A stretch of DNA of 63,083 bases, filler included, from Stramenopiles sp. TOSAG23-3 (GCA_900128585.1; 18 parts of 18 records of this genome joined end to end with filler, not necessarily neighbours in it); one strand, 5' to 3'. Shown: positions 11,006-25,018, counted from the whole stretch's first letter. Made by a program: numbers and translations. The notes: generated by a model not told the origin, from the letters alone.

Positions 11006-13381
11006 ATGTCGGCACTTGCAGCTGAAATGGAAGCCATGGAGCAAGCCGCTAAAAAGGGTGGGCGAAGGGGTAGGAAAAATCGACGAAAGCAGCGGCAACA
11101 AAAGGCGGCATTGGGCGATGAGGATGCCGATAATAATAGTGCGTCTGTGGAGAAAAAGCAGAGTCCGGCGGACCCTGGCGAGTCCAAAAGCGCCACGCTT
11201 GACAATTCTGTATCCAGGAATGGTAGCGAGCCGCATTCAAAGTTGAAGCGAATCCTCACGGACAACGGGTGCTCCTCGGACGACATGCCTGCTACAGAGA
11301 TTCTTGATTACATTGTGTCCATGGCGACGGACGATTTGACTGATGAAGATATGCTTGCCGGGGTGCTGGAGTCCATGGACGTTATCTCTGGGGGGCACAA
11401 AACGGCTGCAGCAGCGATGATCCAATCCCTAAGGAAGCCAAGCGACAGTGCAGACAAGGCCAAGAAGAAGACGCACAAATACGCCAATATAAAACGGAAT
11501 GAAATGTCGGTTGCAATGGTGAATGAACTTGGCTGGGGGGTCAAAAAGCTAACTGTGAACGACGGTATGAATGGGTGGGTGGGTAATGGGGCTACGATCG
11601 TCGACTGGCTGGCGAAGAATTCCAAAGGGGGCAAGCGCAAGATCCGCCTGGCGGCGAAGGAAGAAGAAAGGCGGAAGAAGCTGTTGGAGAAGCACATCCA
11701 AGCCGTGAAAAACCTACGCTTAGCAGAAGCCCAAGCCTTGAAAGATATCCCCAGCCGTCTACTGCCGTCAGCGAATGCGAGGCAAGATATACACGCGGAC
11801 GATTGCTGCGTCTCCGCACCGGATGGGAAAGTGTTAGTCGAGGATGCAAGTCTCCGTTTCGTTTTCGGGCGAAAGTATGGCCTTATAGGTGCCAACGGGT
11901 CTGGGAAAACGACGTTGCTACGCATGATGGCAAGGAAAGACCTCGGCATCCCAAAAGACCTTCGGCTGGTGCATTCGAGCCAGGAAATTGACGGCAGTGA
12001 TAAAAGTGCATTGGATGAAGTTTTGGGCTGCGACTATGAGTTGCTCGCTGCGTTGGAGGAAGAAAGGGAAATCTTGGCGGACGAGAACAATATTGACCCG
12101 GATCGTCTTGCGGAAATTTCTGAACGGTTGGATCTGTTGGAAGCTAGCACCGCCAAAAGTAGGGCCATAGGGCTACTTTCTGGGCTGAACTTTACGCAGA
12201 AAATGCTGACCGTCCCTACTAAACATTTGAGTGGTGGGTGGAGGCAGCGTATTTCGTTGGCCCGGGCTCTGTATCTAAAGCCCAACGCGCTGTTGCTGGA
12301 CGAACCTACGAACCACTTGGACATGGAGTCCGTTCTGTGGCTGGAGCAGTTTCTTGCCGACTACGACAAAACTTTAATTGTTGTGTCGCATGACCGGTCC
12401 TTTCTGAACAACGTTTGCACGGACATTGTGCATCTCCATCGCCAAACTTTGGAATATTTCCGTGGGGATTACGATAATTTTGTCGATGTAGTTGAGGAGC
12501 AACGGCGGCGGCAGGAGAAGGCGTACGAATCTCAGCAAAAGGAAAGGGCGCACATGCAAGCTTACATAGACAAGAACCGATACAGTGCAGCAAACGCAGC
12601 GATGGCGCAGAGTCGCATCAAAGCCATGGAGAAGATGGTGCTTGTTGAAAAACCGATCACCCTCAATACTGTTTACCCAATGCAGTTCCCTGACCCCGGG
12701 GAGCTCAAAGGCGGAAACGTTATCTCCGTCACCGACGTAGATTTCAGGTATAGCGACAAGACCCCGAAACTTTTTGAGGGGTTGCACTTTGGAATATCAG
12801 GGGATTGCAGGATAGGTCTCGTCGGGCCGAACGGCATTGGTAAGAGTACGCTTCTGAACATTCTGTACGGGTACACGCAGCCCACGCGAGGGTACGTAGA
12901 ACGCAATCAACGTCTGCGCATTGCATGCTTTACCCAACACCATACGGCGTCGTTAGACCTGCGGCTGACTCCGCTGGAGCAAATGCGCGTGGCCTATGAT
13001 GGGCTTGCGGGCACGAAGGGGGAAGAAAAGGCCAGATCAGCCCTTGGCAGGTTCGGTATCAGTGCAGAGTTGGCGAACAGGCCGATTGTAACGTTGTCTG
13101 GTGGGCAAAAAAGCCGAGTCGTCCTTGCCATGGTAGCCCACAATCGCCCCCACTTGCTCATATTAGACGAGCCTACAAACCACTTGGACATGGAAACCAT
13201 CGCCGCCCTGGCCGCGGGGGTCCAGGCCTTTAAAGGCGGGGTCATTTGTGTTTCCCACGATGAATATTTTATTAATCTCTGCATGAAAGACATTTGGGAG
13301 GTAAAAGATCGAAACGTGCACCCGTTGGGCATTGATGGGCTAACAGAATATCGAAACCGTGCTCTGAAACTACTGAAATAA
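11006..13381 (+). CDS. ABC-F family ATPase (ABCF3/GCN20-like)
   Basis: Two nucleotide-binding domains (GANGSGKT/LSGGW/LLLDEPTNHLD and GPNGIGKS/LSGGQ/LILDEPTNHLD), no TM segments, inter-domain linker with AQSRIKAMEKM. Confidence 0.95.
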   Translation: MSALAAEMEAMEQAAKKGGRRGRKNRRKQRQQKAALGDEDADNNSASVEKKQSPADPGESKSATLDNSVSRNGSEPHSKLKRILTDNGCSSDDMPATEILDYIVSMATDDLTDEDMLAGVLESMDVISGGHKTAAAAMIQSLRKPSDSADKAKKKTHKYANIKRNEMSVAMVNELGWGVKKLTVNDGMNGWVGNGATIVDWLAKNSKGGKRKIRLAAKEEERRKKLLEKHIQAVKNLRLAEAQALKDIPSRLLPSANARQDIHADDCCVSAPDGKVLVEDASLRFVFGRKYGLIGANGSGKTTLLRMMARKDLGIPKDLRLVHSSQEIDGSDKSALDEVLGCDYELLAALEEEREILADENNIDPDRLAEISERLDLLEASTAKSRAIGLLSGLNFTQKMLTVPTKHLSGGWRQRISLARALYLKPNALLLDEPTNHLDMESVLWLEQFLADYDKTLIVVSHDRSFLNNVCTDIVHLHRQTLEYFRGDYDNFVDVVEEQRRRQEKAYESQQKERAHMQAYIDKNRYSAANAAMAQSRIKAMEKMVLVEKPITLNTVYPMQFPDPGELKGGNVISVTDVDFRYSDKTPKLFEGLHFGISGDCRIGLVGPNGIGKSTLLNILYGYTQPTRGYVERNQRLRIACFTQHHTASLDLRLTPLEQMRVAYDGLAGTKGEEKARSALGRFGISAELANRPIVTLSGGQKSRVVLAMVAHNRPHLLILDEPTNHLDMETIAALAAGVQAFKGGVICVSHDEYFINLCMKDIWEVKDRNVHPLGIDGLTEYRNRALKLLK

Positions 13382-14375
13382 AAGCGAGTCACACTCTAAC
13401 AAATATTAATTCATAAGAGGTTTGTTTTTAATCAACGTACTATGCATTTTGTTTTTATTAAATTTTTATATTTTATTTTTTTGCAGAGAGGAGATGATTT
13501 TCGCCGCCGACCTCTGTGCATGTGTGATAGGGATATAACAAGTAGCAACATCAGTAGATTAACATGAAAGAAAGAGTAGCTATTATTTGTATGACCATAT
13601 CATCAAACAATTAGTATATAGTGGAAACAGCATAGATAATAATTTCTACCACAATCGTTTCTCTATTTCTTTCCTCAATGAAAGGAGCACCATCCATTTG
13701 GAAATAATTAGTATACTATAATATATACTTATTGTATATAGAAAAGATTACTTCTTTCACTTTGTATTCAGTATTATTATTTACTATACTTATATGTATT
13801 ATATTGCTATATATTAATACCATTCCAATAACTATTCAGTACTTTACAACATCATTTCATAGTGAATTCGTTCTAGTGTACTTAACTACCTCGCTTCTCT
13901 CTCAAGTTAGCGAAATAAAATATTAAAAATAAAATAATAGAAGAGCTATGCTATGCTGATGCTGGAGCTCTATTAATTCTACTGACACATTTTAATANNN
14001 NNNNNNNNNNNNNNNNNNNNNNNNNNNNNNNNNNNNNNNNNTTAATTAATTAANNNNNNNNNNNNNNNNNNNNNNNNNNNNNNNNNNNNNNNNNNNNAAC
14101 AGAACTCAAGATAATATATATTTGAAATTGAAACCAAATTAAAGATCTAAAACAGAAAATTCACAGAAAGAAACGATTCCACCCTATTATGATATTGTAG
14201 ATTATTTCCGTGCCTATGCGTTTCACCGCACTCTTTGCACAAATAACCAAACTGGTATTTGTCGATCCAGTCCGCACGATACTTTTTCATTTTATAAATA
14301 GATATATCACTTTCTATTTATATCCTAATATTTACCTAACTAAAAAACTCTTTTTTTCTTTAATTTACAAGAATA

Positions 14376-15035
14376 ATGAGTAGTAACGAGGAAAGTAAAG
14401 ACGAACTTCGTGAAGAAGAAAGCGTAGAAAGTGACGAAGTAGAAGTGAGCACTGGCAAAAGATGCAAACGTTTCGAGAAATATAAAATAGTGTTTAATGA
14501 GGTGAAGGATACTATTTTAGATCTTTCTTTTTGTATTGTTGCTGAAGGATTAGACGATAGTGCTTTTGACAATGTTCATAATCTTGATGCGAAAGCCTGC
14601 AGGACAATATTATGGCTGACCGAATTCCTTGGAATAATCTGCAGTTGGTGGGCAATTAAAGCCACCCGCACATATGACGAAGATGATAAAAAATGGTATA
14701 ACAACTTGGCAAGAACCTCTTTTTTCTTCGAAGATTTTGGACAATTGTACATTAAAGCACAAATGGGCACAGAAACACTATCTTGGTATTGCTTAGGAGC
14801 GGTATCGACGTTTTATAAAATATTCTCAATGTGTAAAGATACAAAAACAACACCTTGCCATATTGTTTTTTGTGACAGTCCCCCAAAGTGTTTTCTTGCC
14901 AATGTGGGTTTATGTGTGTTTGTTTATATTCTATTTGGTTTTCTAGTGATTTTTTACGATACGAACGTGGGGACGTTGTTATATGAAATGAACAGAACAC
15001 ATCACGAACATGATTACGAACAGTATAACGAGTGA
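14376..15035 (+). CDS. Hypothetical multi-pass membrane protein
   Basis: 219-aa ATG-to-stop ORF with an acidic N-terminus and several hydrophobic segments (FFFEDFGQLYI); AT-rich codons. Confidence 0.6.
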   Translation: MSSNEESKDELREEESVESDEVEVSTGKRCKRFEKYKIVFNEVKDTILDLSFCIVAEGLDDSAFDNVHNLDAKACRTILWLTEFLGIICSWWAIKATRTYDEDDKKWYNNLARTSFFFEDFGQLYIKAQMGTETLSWYCLGAVSTFYKIFSMCKDTKTTPCHIVFCDSPPKCFLANVGLCVFVYILFGFLVIFYDTNVGTLLYEMNRTHHEHDYEQYNE

Positions 15036-15249
15036 TTTTTTAAAAAACATCACATAGCACTAATAATTGTAAAACTAAATAAAATAATTATTTTTAATAA
15101 TTAAATTATTTCATCTAATTAATTATTTAATTTGGCGTTTCACTGTTGCCGTGCGAACAAACATACGAAGGATGCGTGAAACGACAAGAAAAAAGAAGAG
15201 AGACTACACTTTGTTGTTAACTTTCTATCACGACACACGCCCAGGCGAA

Positions 15250-17516
15250 TTATCGAATGTCAAAATTGGCAGTGTGAATTCTATACAGTCTTCTTGTACG
15301 AGGAGACGGGCTTTTGGTTTTATAGAATTCATCCTCTCGTTGGAGTGCTATTGCCGAGGGGGATATTGCTTCGAAGTGGCTGGCTATTCCATTCTGTGGC
15401 GTTGGGTGCGACGGCTCTTCGGGCCGTGCACGTAGTGGGGACGATTCGGGTCCAATGCGTCGCTTCAACGGGCTTGTGCCGCTTCCAGCATTTTGGCGAG
15501 TCGGCACTCTTGGTGAGGAGCCTGGGGCATCGCCTTTGTATAGCTTTCCCATCTCTTTTCTTTTTTGCTTCCGTTTTCTACGTTTGTATTTAGGAGGTGG
15601 GGGCTGTGCTGCATGGAGGCTCTGTATTAGTGCTAGCTCCTCCCTTTTTCGTTGCATCTCACGAGCTTTTTCTTCCAAAGCTTTCCGTAGGAAAATTTTC
15701 TGCGCGAGTAAGCGTATGCGCTCTTGCTTGAGGGCTATCTCAGTGTCTCTTAATTTACGCAATTCGAACACTTTGGCTGTTGCGATCCGCTTCCGCCCTA
15801 AATTTTGAATTTTGATCACGGCAAACCGCTTAGATTTGTACACTGAAAACGATATATGCTTTCTGGCCCAAGTTTGCAAAACGATAATGCTCCCCTTTCT
15901 TCTACGGGCATGCTTGGTTCCGTTAACTTTTCGGTGGTGTGACTGGATTTTAGTCGCCGCAACATTCCGTCTTTTCTCCAGTCTGTCCGCTCTTAACGAC
16001 CTCAGCATGTCTCCGTTGCGAAGAGAGCTGCCCCTATGCAATCGCTGAATAGCAGTGGCCGCATTGCGGCAGCGTTTTAAAACTTGAACGAAGCGTTTTT
16101 TCCGGGTAGACTTACCCCGAAACGTGGCTTGAATCGCTACCGCGGCGTTTTCATTTCGAGATTGCCGCAACTCCTCGATTAGATTTACTGTACGTGTCAA
16201 TCGCCCTCGATGAGCGCTCTGAATGACAACAGCGGATCGATTTTCCAGCGCAAGCCGAGCCTTTCGCCTTTTCTCTCTCCTTCGGTTTCTTTGTCGCATC
16301 AAATTTCTACCGCTTCTATTGCGGTAAGCCCGCACTTGCCAACCTCGATAATTCCTCTGGATCAGTTGGACGGAGTCTTTTTTAAGTCTATTACGAGTAC
16401 GCTTCCGCCGCTCTCGCTGCTCCGCCTTCTTTGTTCTAATGATCGGGCTCGACTGCACCAAAAGGCGCCTCGTATATTTCTGGATGATTATTGCTTTCTG
16501 TAGACGACGAACTTTCATTATTCGCTTTTTCTCCCTGACCCGTTTCTGGTAGTCCCGTTTTCGACGCACCTTCGCCTTTTCACGATCTCTGCGCCTCCGG
16601 TACAGGCATTGAATCTTAACCGCCGAATCGTTCGCAACTTTAACTTTGTGCTGTTTCAACCGCCCCGCGTACGCACTTCTTGCAAGAACGCCGCGGAATA
16701 TTTTCTGTATCGAAGCAGCAGCAATGCACTTCCCGTCCCGCTTTTGATTAATTTTGCTTTGTACATTCCTCTGTCGCTCTATCTCTCTTTTGGTTGCAGC
16801 GAGGTTGTGTTTCACTGCTTGGGCGACTTGCTGTATTGCAATCTTGGTTATGTCCTGAACTAAGATATTGCTCGTTGCACGCACGAGCTTTACCTCGTGC
16901 TGGGCACGCTTCCGCATCTGGTGGACACGCCTCCGCGATGAGTGCCTTCGATACGTTTTTTGGACGGTGGTGGCCGATTGCCTCTTCCTCTTCAGTAACA
17001 CTCGTTGTCGATGGCCTCTGCAAACACGCTGGATATGTTTGATCGCATGGTATTGTTTCCATAGATTCTTTCGCGCGGCAGCCCCACGAAAACTCTTTTG
17101 CACTACGATTGCAGCTTTCGCTTGGCGCACCCTTTGGGGAGACTGTGTCTGTTGGAAGTTAAACATGGATCGCACGTGTTCCGAAGCGAGCTGCTCGTCG
17201 AGAATGTCCAGGTTCCAATCTAAAGTTTCAATCATGTCATATTCTGTCATTTCACTATGATCACTTTCGTTTGCCGCAGTTTCCTTTGCTTTCTTTATGT
17301 CGCTATCCACTTTACTGCTCTGAGCCAACACAATGTTCAGCATGTCCATAGAAAATTCGTCATTGTATTCTACTGTGTCTGGTCCCAACCAGTCTGCAAC
17401 TTTGTTTTGTGGGGAAAGTTTATCAATATATACCCTATAGGTCTTGATTATTATACGCTCAGATGTACTCCATGCGTGTTATTTTTACTATATACACATT
17501 TGATCAATACTTCTCG
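15250..17516 (-). CDS. IQ calmodulin-binding motif repeat protein, 5'-partial
   Basis: Many IQxxxRGxxxR motifs (VQKSFRG, IQRVCRG, IQKIFRG, IQRNYRG, IQSAHRG, IQATFRG). Probable GT-AG intron at 17394-17510 (GTATTG...TTGCAG on the minus strand). Confidence 0.85.
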
Positions 17517-17616
17517 NNNNNNNNNNNNNNNNNNNNNNNNNNNNNNNNNNNNNNNNNNNNTTAATTAATTAANNNNNNNNNNNNNNNNNNNNNNNNNNNN
17601 NNNNNNNNNNNNNNNN

Positions 17617-17884
17617 CACGAAACTGTGGCAGGGCTAGCCAAGCCAAAAACGCTATTTTGGCTTCATAGTAGAACGGCAGCCAACTAACTAAACCCTCCA
17701 AACACATTTCAAATATTGTAAATAGTGCAATCATGATCCAATATACTAGCCACTGTGCATGCTGAGGGCTATCGCTCGAATCCCCTGGGATAGTATTTTC
17801 AATAACTTTGAACGTGGCCCATGCCGGGTAAACATAACCAATCACGGTGCAAATTATTGTAGAGAAGAAAGACCAAAATATCAT
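17617..17884 (-). CDS. HVA22/TB2-DP1/REEP family ER-shaping protein, 3'-partial
   Basis: IGYVYPAWATFKVIE...QWLVYW...WLPFYYEAKIAFLAWLALPQFR; runs off the contig. Confidence 0.9.
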
Positions 17885-19482
17885 TTTGCGCCTTCGCTGA
17901 CGTTTCCCCCGTGAAAAGGGCGTCAAGAGCACTAAGTGAAATGAACGTTTTCTTGTTGTTGCTGCCAGTGGTGGTAGTGCTATACGAACAAATAGAACCC
18001 GTTCGCCTTTGCGCCTGGTCGTCTTGTATCTTCGCTAATTTATATCCAACACGAGCATGCCTTCTACTACCGAGAGCCTCGCGTTTTTATTAGCACGTAT
18101 GGACAGGGGTAACAAAGAAACAAACATCCTCATCTATCAACAGCAGGAGGAGGAGCGGTGGAGGATGTTTTTTTTTTTTTAATAATAAATAGTCTAATAA
18201 TACAGTAGTAATAAATAAATAATATATAATAATAAATAATAATAAATTTTTGCTTTTTTTATACTTCTTTTGTACAGTAGTACCGGTACCAAGAATCATC
18301 AGGATTTGTACCCTAATACAAACACTATATTATTTATACTCAGTCCATGTTTAAGTACATAATTCCTATGAACATTTGAACATATTGTTTGTTCTAACAT
18401 ATACTGAAAATGAAATTCAAAAATTTAATTCCCTCTTAACTTTACTATTTGATAGGCATTTTGGAATTTTCAATTCTTGGTCCCTCCCTCTCTCTCTTGT
18501 ACCTTGTACCTCTTTAAAATACACTTTGATGTTTTAACAGGCAATAACAGTATGCCTCAGTCAATAGGAATCTCATAAAATTTCTTTCGGCATAAAGCAA
18601 TGTCACCATCTGTTCAGTACCTGGTACTGTATTATTGTTAAAAAAAATAATTTCAAATAATACATATTACAACAATGCATGAGAAGAAGAAGAATATTTT
18701 AAAACATTGATAGGTAAATAACTGTAGTTGCGAGAACACAAAAATTGAAAGTTTCCACAAGTCCATTAAAATGAATTTTACGTGCGTGAAGAAGCGTGAA
18801 GGACCTGCCTATTTAAAACGTAAAAGAAAATATTAAAAAATAGAAGAAGAGAGAGAGGGAAGAGGGACCATTGAAATAATTTCCAAAATAGATTAAAAAC
18901 AAAGAAGGAAAAAAGAAAGAACAATAACAGAGCAGGCAGCCTTTTCCAATGGCAGTAAACCGGTTTGTATTTATTTTCCGGTATAGTGTATTATAATACC
19001 ACAGCAGTTTTTCTTTAAATAATAATTAATACAGTACAGTATGTAATATTCTTCTATTATTTTTTTATTAAATGATGATAGTGAGTAGTTAGTTCTATTT
19101 CACACAGCTCACAGCCTATAGACGACTATCTATAATAATAGAATAAATATTTCTATTATCGTACACAGTAGTAGAACTGTAGAACAGGAGAAGAAATTGA
19201 CATTCTGAATACTACATATGTGTATCTAATACACGAAAGAAGGTGGAAGCAATTATTTGTGATTTTAGAGTATACAGAAGAAGTACAACAGCAAAAAAAA
19301 ACAATGGAATCATCTCATCGAACAAACCAGAACAACAGAGCTCGAACACAAACCAACACAACAATACACACCACCACAACCAAGAAGAAGGAGGACACAC
19401 AAGAAAAAAAAAGAAGAAAAAGCAAATGAATGAATGAATGAAATAAGTCACAAAATATTCATTGCCATGCATGAGGGAATAA

Positions 19483-20022
<540 letters not shown>

Positions 20023-20431
20023 CTGACGTAGCTATGTTCGTTTTGTGTGTGGGCCTGTGGTCCCAAAAGCGCAATTGAGATGAGCAAAGAACGTTAATTT
20101 GTTGTTCGAGGGGAGTGGTGCTTGGCAGGCGTTGAACGAGCGATTGCAAACGCAAACATGACCCTTACATTAGTAAAACTGTGTCAGAATGGTGGTACAC
20201 TTATACATGGAAAGCCAAAGAACCGTTTCCGATGTTGAGGCAATTTGAATGCGAGCAAATGATTCGTTTTTATTTGTTTTAAAAATTAAAAAAAGTAAAA
20301 ATTATTAAAAACTAAAAATTAAAAGCACACACATGCCATACAAAGAATACTTCGCACACTATTTTTTTTAATTAATAAGAGTACATGTTTCAATTATTGA
20401 TACTGTCTGTGCTTAACTTAAAAGTCAAGAG

Positions 20432-21035
20432 AGACAACGAGCACTTCTAAAACAATTACGCCGCTGCTTTCTTGGAAAATCACACAAGGAATGAGTCATC
20501 TATGAGTGAGACATCGGATGAGGAAGTTGATTACGGGTCATTAGAAAGCATTGCTAATCCACCTACCGGTTCGGATCATGCATGGAGTACATTTGAGAAT
20601 GATAGTCAACAGTAAGTGACAATGTTTTATTGATTAATAAAACCACAAGAGCAGAGATAAGTTCGCAGTACATGAAGGAACGTAAAACTCTAATGGGCAG
20701 CTAAATTTTAATCACTTATTTACATAACAGCCAATTTCTTGTTTTAAAGTAAATATTTAAAATTTATCTTCCTCATGTACCTCAAAAGTGAATCTGCTCC
20801 TTTTGTCGATTAAAGGTTTGCGTTCCTTCTTGTATCGTACCTGCGAACTTGTAAATTTAATTAAGAGATTCTAAAACAAAATATGGGCTGTTATTTAATT
20901 AATTTATTTTCATGTAGTAGATTCTATAGCTATAATTTTTAAACAAGAAAATTGGGTGTTATTTAAGTAATTAAAATTAATGTACTGCGAACTGAAATCT
21001 AGATTTAGACATTCTAGGTTTGCATTCCTTCATGA
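20432..21035. repeat. Cluster of repeat family R1: ORF-bearing arm, inverted arm and extra terminal fragments
   Basis: Forward arm 20432-20745; inverted arm ~20750-20850; further terminal copies near 20874-20915, 20941-20993 and 21018-21035. Homologous to 33842-34374. Confidence 0.85.
20502..20615 (+). CDS. 37-aa micro-ORF in R1, copy 1: MSETSDEEVDYGSLESIANPPTGSDHAWSTFENDSQQ
   Basis: Translated by hand. Same length, start and stop as the copies at 33849 and 34308. Expression unknown. Confidence 0.5.
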   Translation: MSETSDEEVDYGSLESIANPPTGSDHAWSTFENDSQQ

Positions 21036-21136
21036 NNNNNNNNNNNNNNNNNNNNNNNNNNNNNNNNNNNNNNNNNNNNTTAATTAATTAANNNNNNNNN
21101 NNNNNNNNNNNNNNNNNNNNNNNNNNNNNNNNNNNC

Positions 21137-24100
21137 CAGCATGCTCGTGGAGGTGCAATTCGAGCATGGGAAAATGGAACTTCCATTAACATATATATTA
21201 TTGGAAAAAAGTCTTCATTTAATGATAATAGGCTAATTGTAAAGGATGGAGAAGGCAGTAAGGGCAAAGCAATTCTTGTGTGTTGTGCGAAGACAAAGTT
21301 GCACCTGATAAATAATGATATTAACACGTTTGAAGCAATATCTGATGTAGCATACGAAGACGGCGGCACCCTCCAAAACGTCAACGCCGACAACCCTTTG
21401 TACACCCAATACTGTGTCGACAAGCCGAACAACAACGAAGGCGTTGTCTGCGAGAATCTACCTCCACCATGCTCCATCCTACGAGTGGGCAATTTTACGA
21501 TTTACGGAGATTGTGTCATGTACTATGAAATTACAGTGACGGGAAAATTAAATGTAACTGGCGTCCCAGATGCAAACGGCGTCTTACCAAAGCTTATCGG
21601 AGCTGGTCACAACCGCCATTTTTTGCTAGAGGAAGAATCGGACGTTTTGACCTTACGAAGGCTCAATTTAACTGGTGGTAATGTTTATTATTCCACCATA
21701 TCCAATACTGGGGGCTCTGTTTCGATTTCCTCTGGTAAGCTTTTTGCATATAGTTGCCTTTTCTCGAAAAATACAGGGAGACTGGGTGGCGCAGTGTATG
21801 CGCGAAATAAAGAATCAAGTGTATTCCTATACATAACAGATTTTGAGTCAAATGTCGCAGCTTACGGTGGTGCGTTGGAGTTAGTTTACGGCACACACCG
21901 CATCAGCAATTGTATATTGCAAAACAATACAGCAATCGTCGCAGGTGGTGGAATATATGCGTTCGGCGGCGAGCCAACTACAAGCCATACCTCTCCCTTG
22001 CATTTGTTCTTGACCAACGTAACGTTTGCATACAATCATCAAAGTCATAGAAGCACCCACAATTCTACGGATTTTGCTGGCGGAGGGGCAATTAGTCTCC
22101 GTTTACGTTGTATATTAATTGCTAAAGAATGCGTTTTCATCAGTAATTCAGCAGTATATTCGAACTATGGCCATGTTATTTTGACGTCAAAATCAACCCG
22201 CGGCACATTCTCAAACCCTCTATACAAGGGCGTGCCATTGACAACCCTAGTCAACACATTGTTTAAACAGAAAATTGATGAGAATAATTTTTGGGGATAC
22301 AACGAATCAGCTACTATGTCTTCTGCAATTGAACTCTTTACCCCCCCCATCAGATGCTCCCCAACCCTTTGCACCTCCAACGGGTACACGAACCCAATCT
22401 GCATCAACAAGCCCAACCCGAACGAAGGAGTGGTATGTTTTGTAGGGTGCCAGCCAGGTAAGTATGGACCAAATGTTTCCGCTTGCCATGACTGCCCAAC
22501 AGGAAAATATGGAACCTCGGCGGGCAAAGTTCTGGAGGCAGAAGCATGTTTGAGCTGTGCTGCAGGAACCTACAACAATGAGACCGGAAAGACTGCTTGC
22601 CACTCCCGCTGCCCCAGTGGAAGATATGGGAATACTACAGGATCTCGCTCGATCGCCGAAGGTTGCCCGTCTCCATGCCCTTTGGGAAAATATGGCGATT
22701 TCAAAGGCAAAACAAGCACGGAAGATGCCTGCCCAAATACCTGCGAATCAGGGAAATATGCCCCTCGCGTTGGTCAAACTTCTGACGACGAGTGCAGGAT
22801 ATGCCCCGACGGGTCTTATTGCAGCAACGGTTTACAAATTCCATGCCCATCAGGAAAATACGGAGAACAATTGTCCAACTTGATTGAAAAAAGCCTAGAA
22901 TCTAGCGCGTGCTTAAACTGCCCGGTGGCCAGATATGGAGCCCTCCCGGGTCAATCCGTCATGGAGTCCGCCTGCCTCGCCTGCCCAGCAGGACGACACG
23001 GCAACGAGCCTGGAAAATCAAACGCGACGGAAACCGTCACTGAGTACTGCCCTGAAGCGTGTACGGCAGGGCAGTACTTAGAAGGCAAGCAGTGCAAAAC
23101 CTGCCCCGACGGCGCTTACTGCCCCGAAGCGTCCGACAAAACGCGCATGCAAGCTCTGGCAGGGTATTGGCGTGTTCCTCACACTGCTGTATTCGTTCCC
23201 TGCCTGCATGCATGTTCCTGTTTGGGCGCCCCAAACCCCCATAACGTGTGCCGAAACCGCAGCGTTGCGGAAGTATCTCACCCCGAAGGGTGCAACACTG
23301 CACAAGGGTTCCGGCAAGGTTCCAGGATGTGCGCGGACTGTCTACCGGGGTACAGTCGTGATGGTCGGGGGGGGTGTAAGAGATGCCCACAAGAAGGGTT
23401 CAATGCGTTGTTTGTTGCTCTGGTTGGGTTTGCAATCCTTCTAATTTTGTTTCTGTTGGTGTACTCCACGGTAGTAAAACGCAGAGGAGCCTTTGAGAGC
23501 TCAGATGGAGCAAGAAAAATATACATCTCCTACCTTCAACTTTCAGCACTCGCCACTACGATGAGAATTCCATGGCCTCTTAATTATCGCACTCTCTTTC
23601 GTATCGAAGGCTTGCTCTCGTCTGTGGGAGAAGAGTTTCTTGACATTCGATGCGCGTTAGAAGAACCGATTCCAATTGCAACCATTGAATATTATAAGAC
23701 TCTTGGGTACGCCATTTTGCCTTTTGTGCTGGTGCTCTTGTCACTGCTAGGCTGGTGCACCTGCGGCGGATTGGTCAAACGCACCGAGCGCCGTGCCATG
23801 ATGGTGGGTACCATCGTGCTTCTAATATACTTGGCGTTTCCATCGATAGCTGCTGGGGCGTTTGAGTTGTGGAGATGCGAATACGTCAAAGAGGTGGGTT
23901 ACATATTTGTATCAGACCCAGAGACCCTGTGCAGTGATGAATCCCACCGACAGTGGCAGAACTTGCTGGGCTGGCCGTGCATTCTGCTGTATGTCCTTGG
24001 GCTTCCTGCAACGGGGCTAGGATACCTCTACCGTTTTCGAAACAAACTCGACGAGCCGCACACTCGCATACGATTTGGGCAACTGTACGATGGGTTCTCT

Positions 24101-24553
24101 CGCGAGAACTACCTATACGAGGGGTGGGTGACCCTTCGCAAGCTGTTGGTCATTGTAATTGGCATTTTTACCGACAAGTTACAGGTGCTGCTGGCCATCG
24201 GCTCTGTTGGCTTGCTGCTAGGGCACACTATCTTTCGACAGCCGTACCAGACCCGCAGCCTGACACATTTGGACGAGCTACTTCTTTCGTGCGTTTTCTT
24301 TACGTACTGGGTGGGCGGTATCTTTTCCGTCTTTCCCCAATGCCATTCCGACGTATGGGAGGCAGAGGTATGCACAGCTGGGATGTGGGTGGTGCTTTTG
24401 TTCAACATAGCATGTGGTGTGATAGGCTTTGGAATGTGTATCTGGCTTACCTGGGTGGAAGAGCGCGAACAGCTGCAGGGCGCTTCCATGGGCGTGTTTG
24501 CTGCCATATCCAGGTGGCGCATATGCCACCCCTGCTGCCGGAAAGGGTTGGGC
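21137..24553 (+). CDS. Large membrane protein: PMP-like beta-helix repeats, Cys-rich GCC2/GCC3 (ephrin-receptor-like) repeats and a multi-TM C-terminal domain; partial at both ends
   Basis: GGA(I/V)...FxxN repeats; many CPxG(K/R)YG repeats; TM region with RFGQLYDGFSRENYLYE..LRKL and QPY. The frame is open from contig edge to contig edge. Confidence 0.85.
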
Positions 24554-24653
24554 NNNNNNNNNNNNNNNNNNNNNNNNNNNNNNNNNNNNNNNNNNNNTTA
24601 ATTAATTAANNNNNNNNNNNNNNNNNNNNNNNNNNNNNNNNNNNNNNNNNNNN

Positions 24654-24820
24654 AGAAGAAGAAGAAGAAGAAGAAGAAGAAAGAAAAGAAGAAGAAGAAG
24701 AAGAAGAAGAAGAAGAAGAAGAAGAAGAAGAAGAAGAAAGAAGAAGAAGAAGAAGAAAAAGAAGAAAGAAGAAGAAAAAGAAGAAGAAGAAGAAGAAGAA
24801 AAAGAAGAAGAAGAAGAAAA
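24654..24820. repeat. (GAA)n microsatellite
   Basis: Seen directly. Similar tracts at 41701-41860 (TTC) and 52064-52368. Confidence 0.92.
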
Positions 24821-25018
24821 AAATAATATAATAAGGTAAATATATTAACAAAGAAGAAGAAGAAAATACAAAACAATGATTTGTTTGTTGATTTTGGCAT
24901 TTTATCGTACTTCTTTTTGTTTGACAATATTGGACGGTGGAAGATATAAGTACACATTGTTCTTTTTTTTTGGCACAATACAATACACTGATTTGTTTGG
25001 GTGAAAGCATTTTGTTTT

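Noticed and set aside
20670-20700. ATGAAGG...AAA in R1 as a SECIS element
   Set aside because: No convincing helix II or 3' GA partner, and the upstream ORFs end in TAA without internal TGA.
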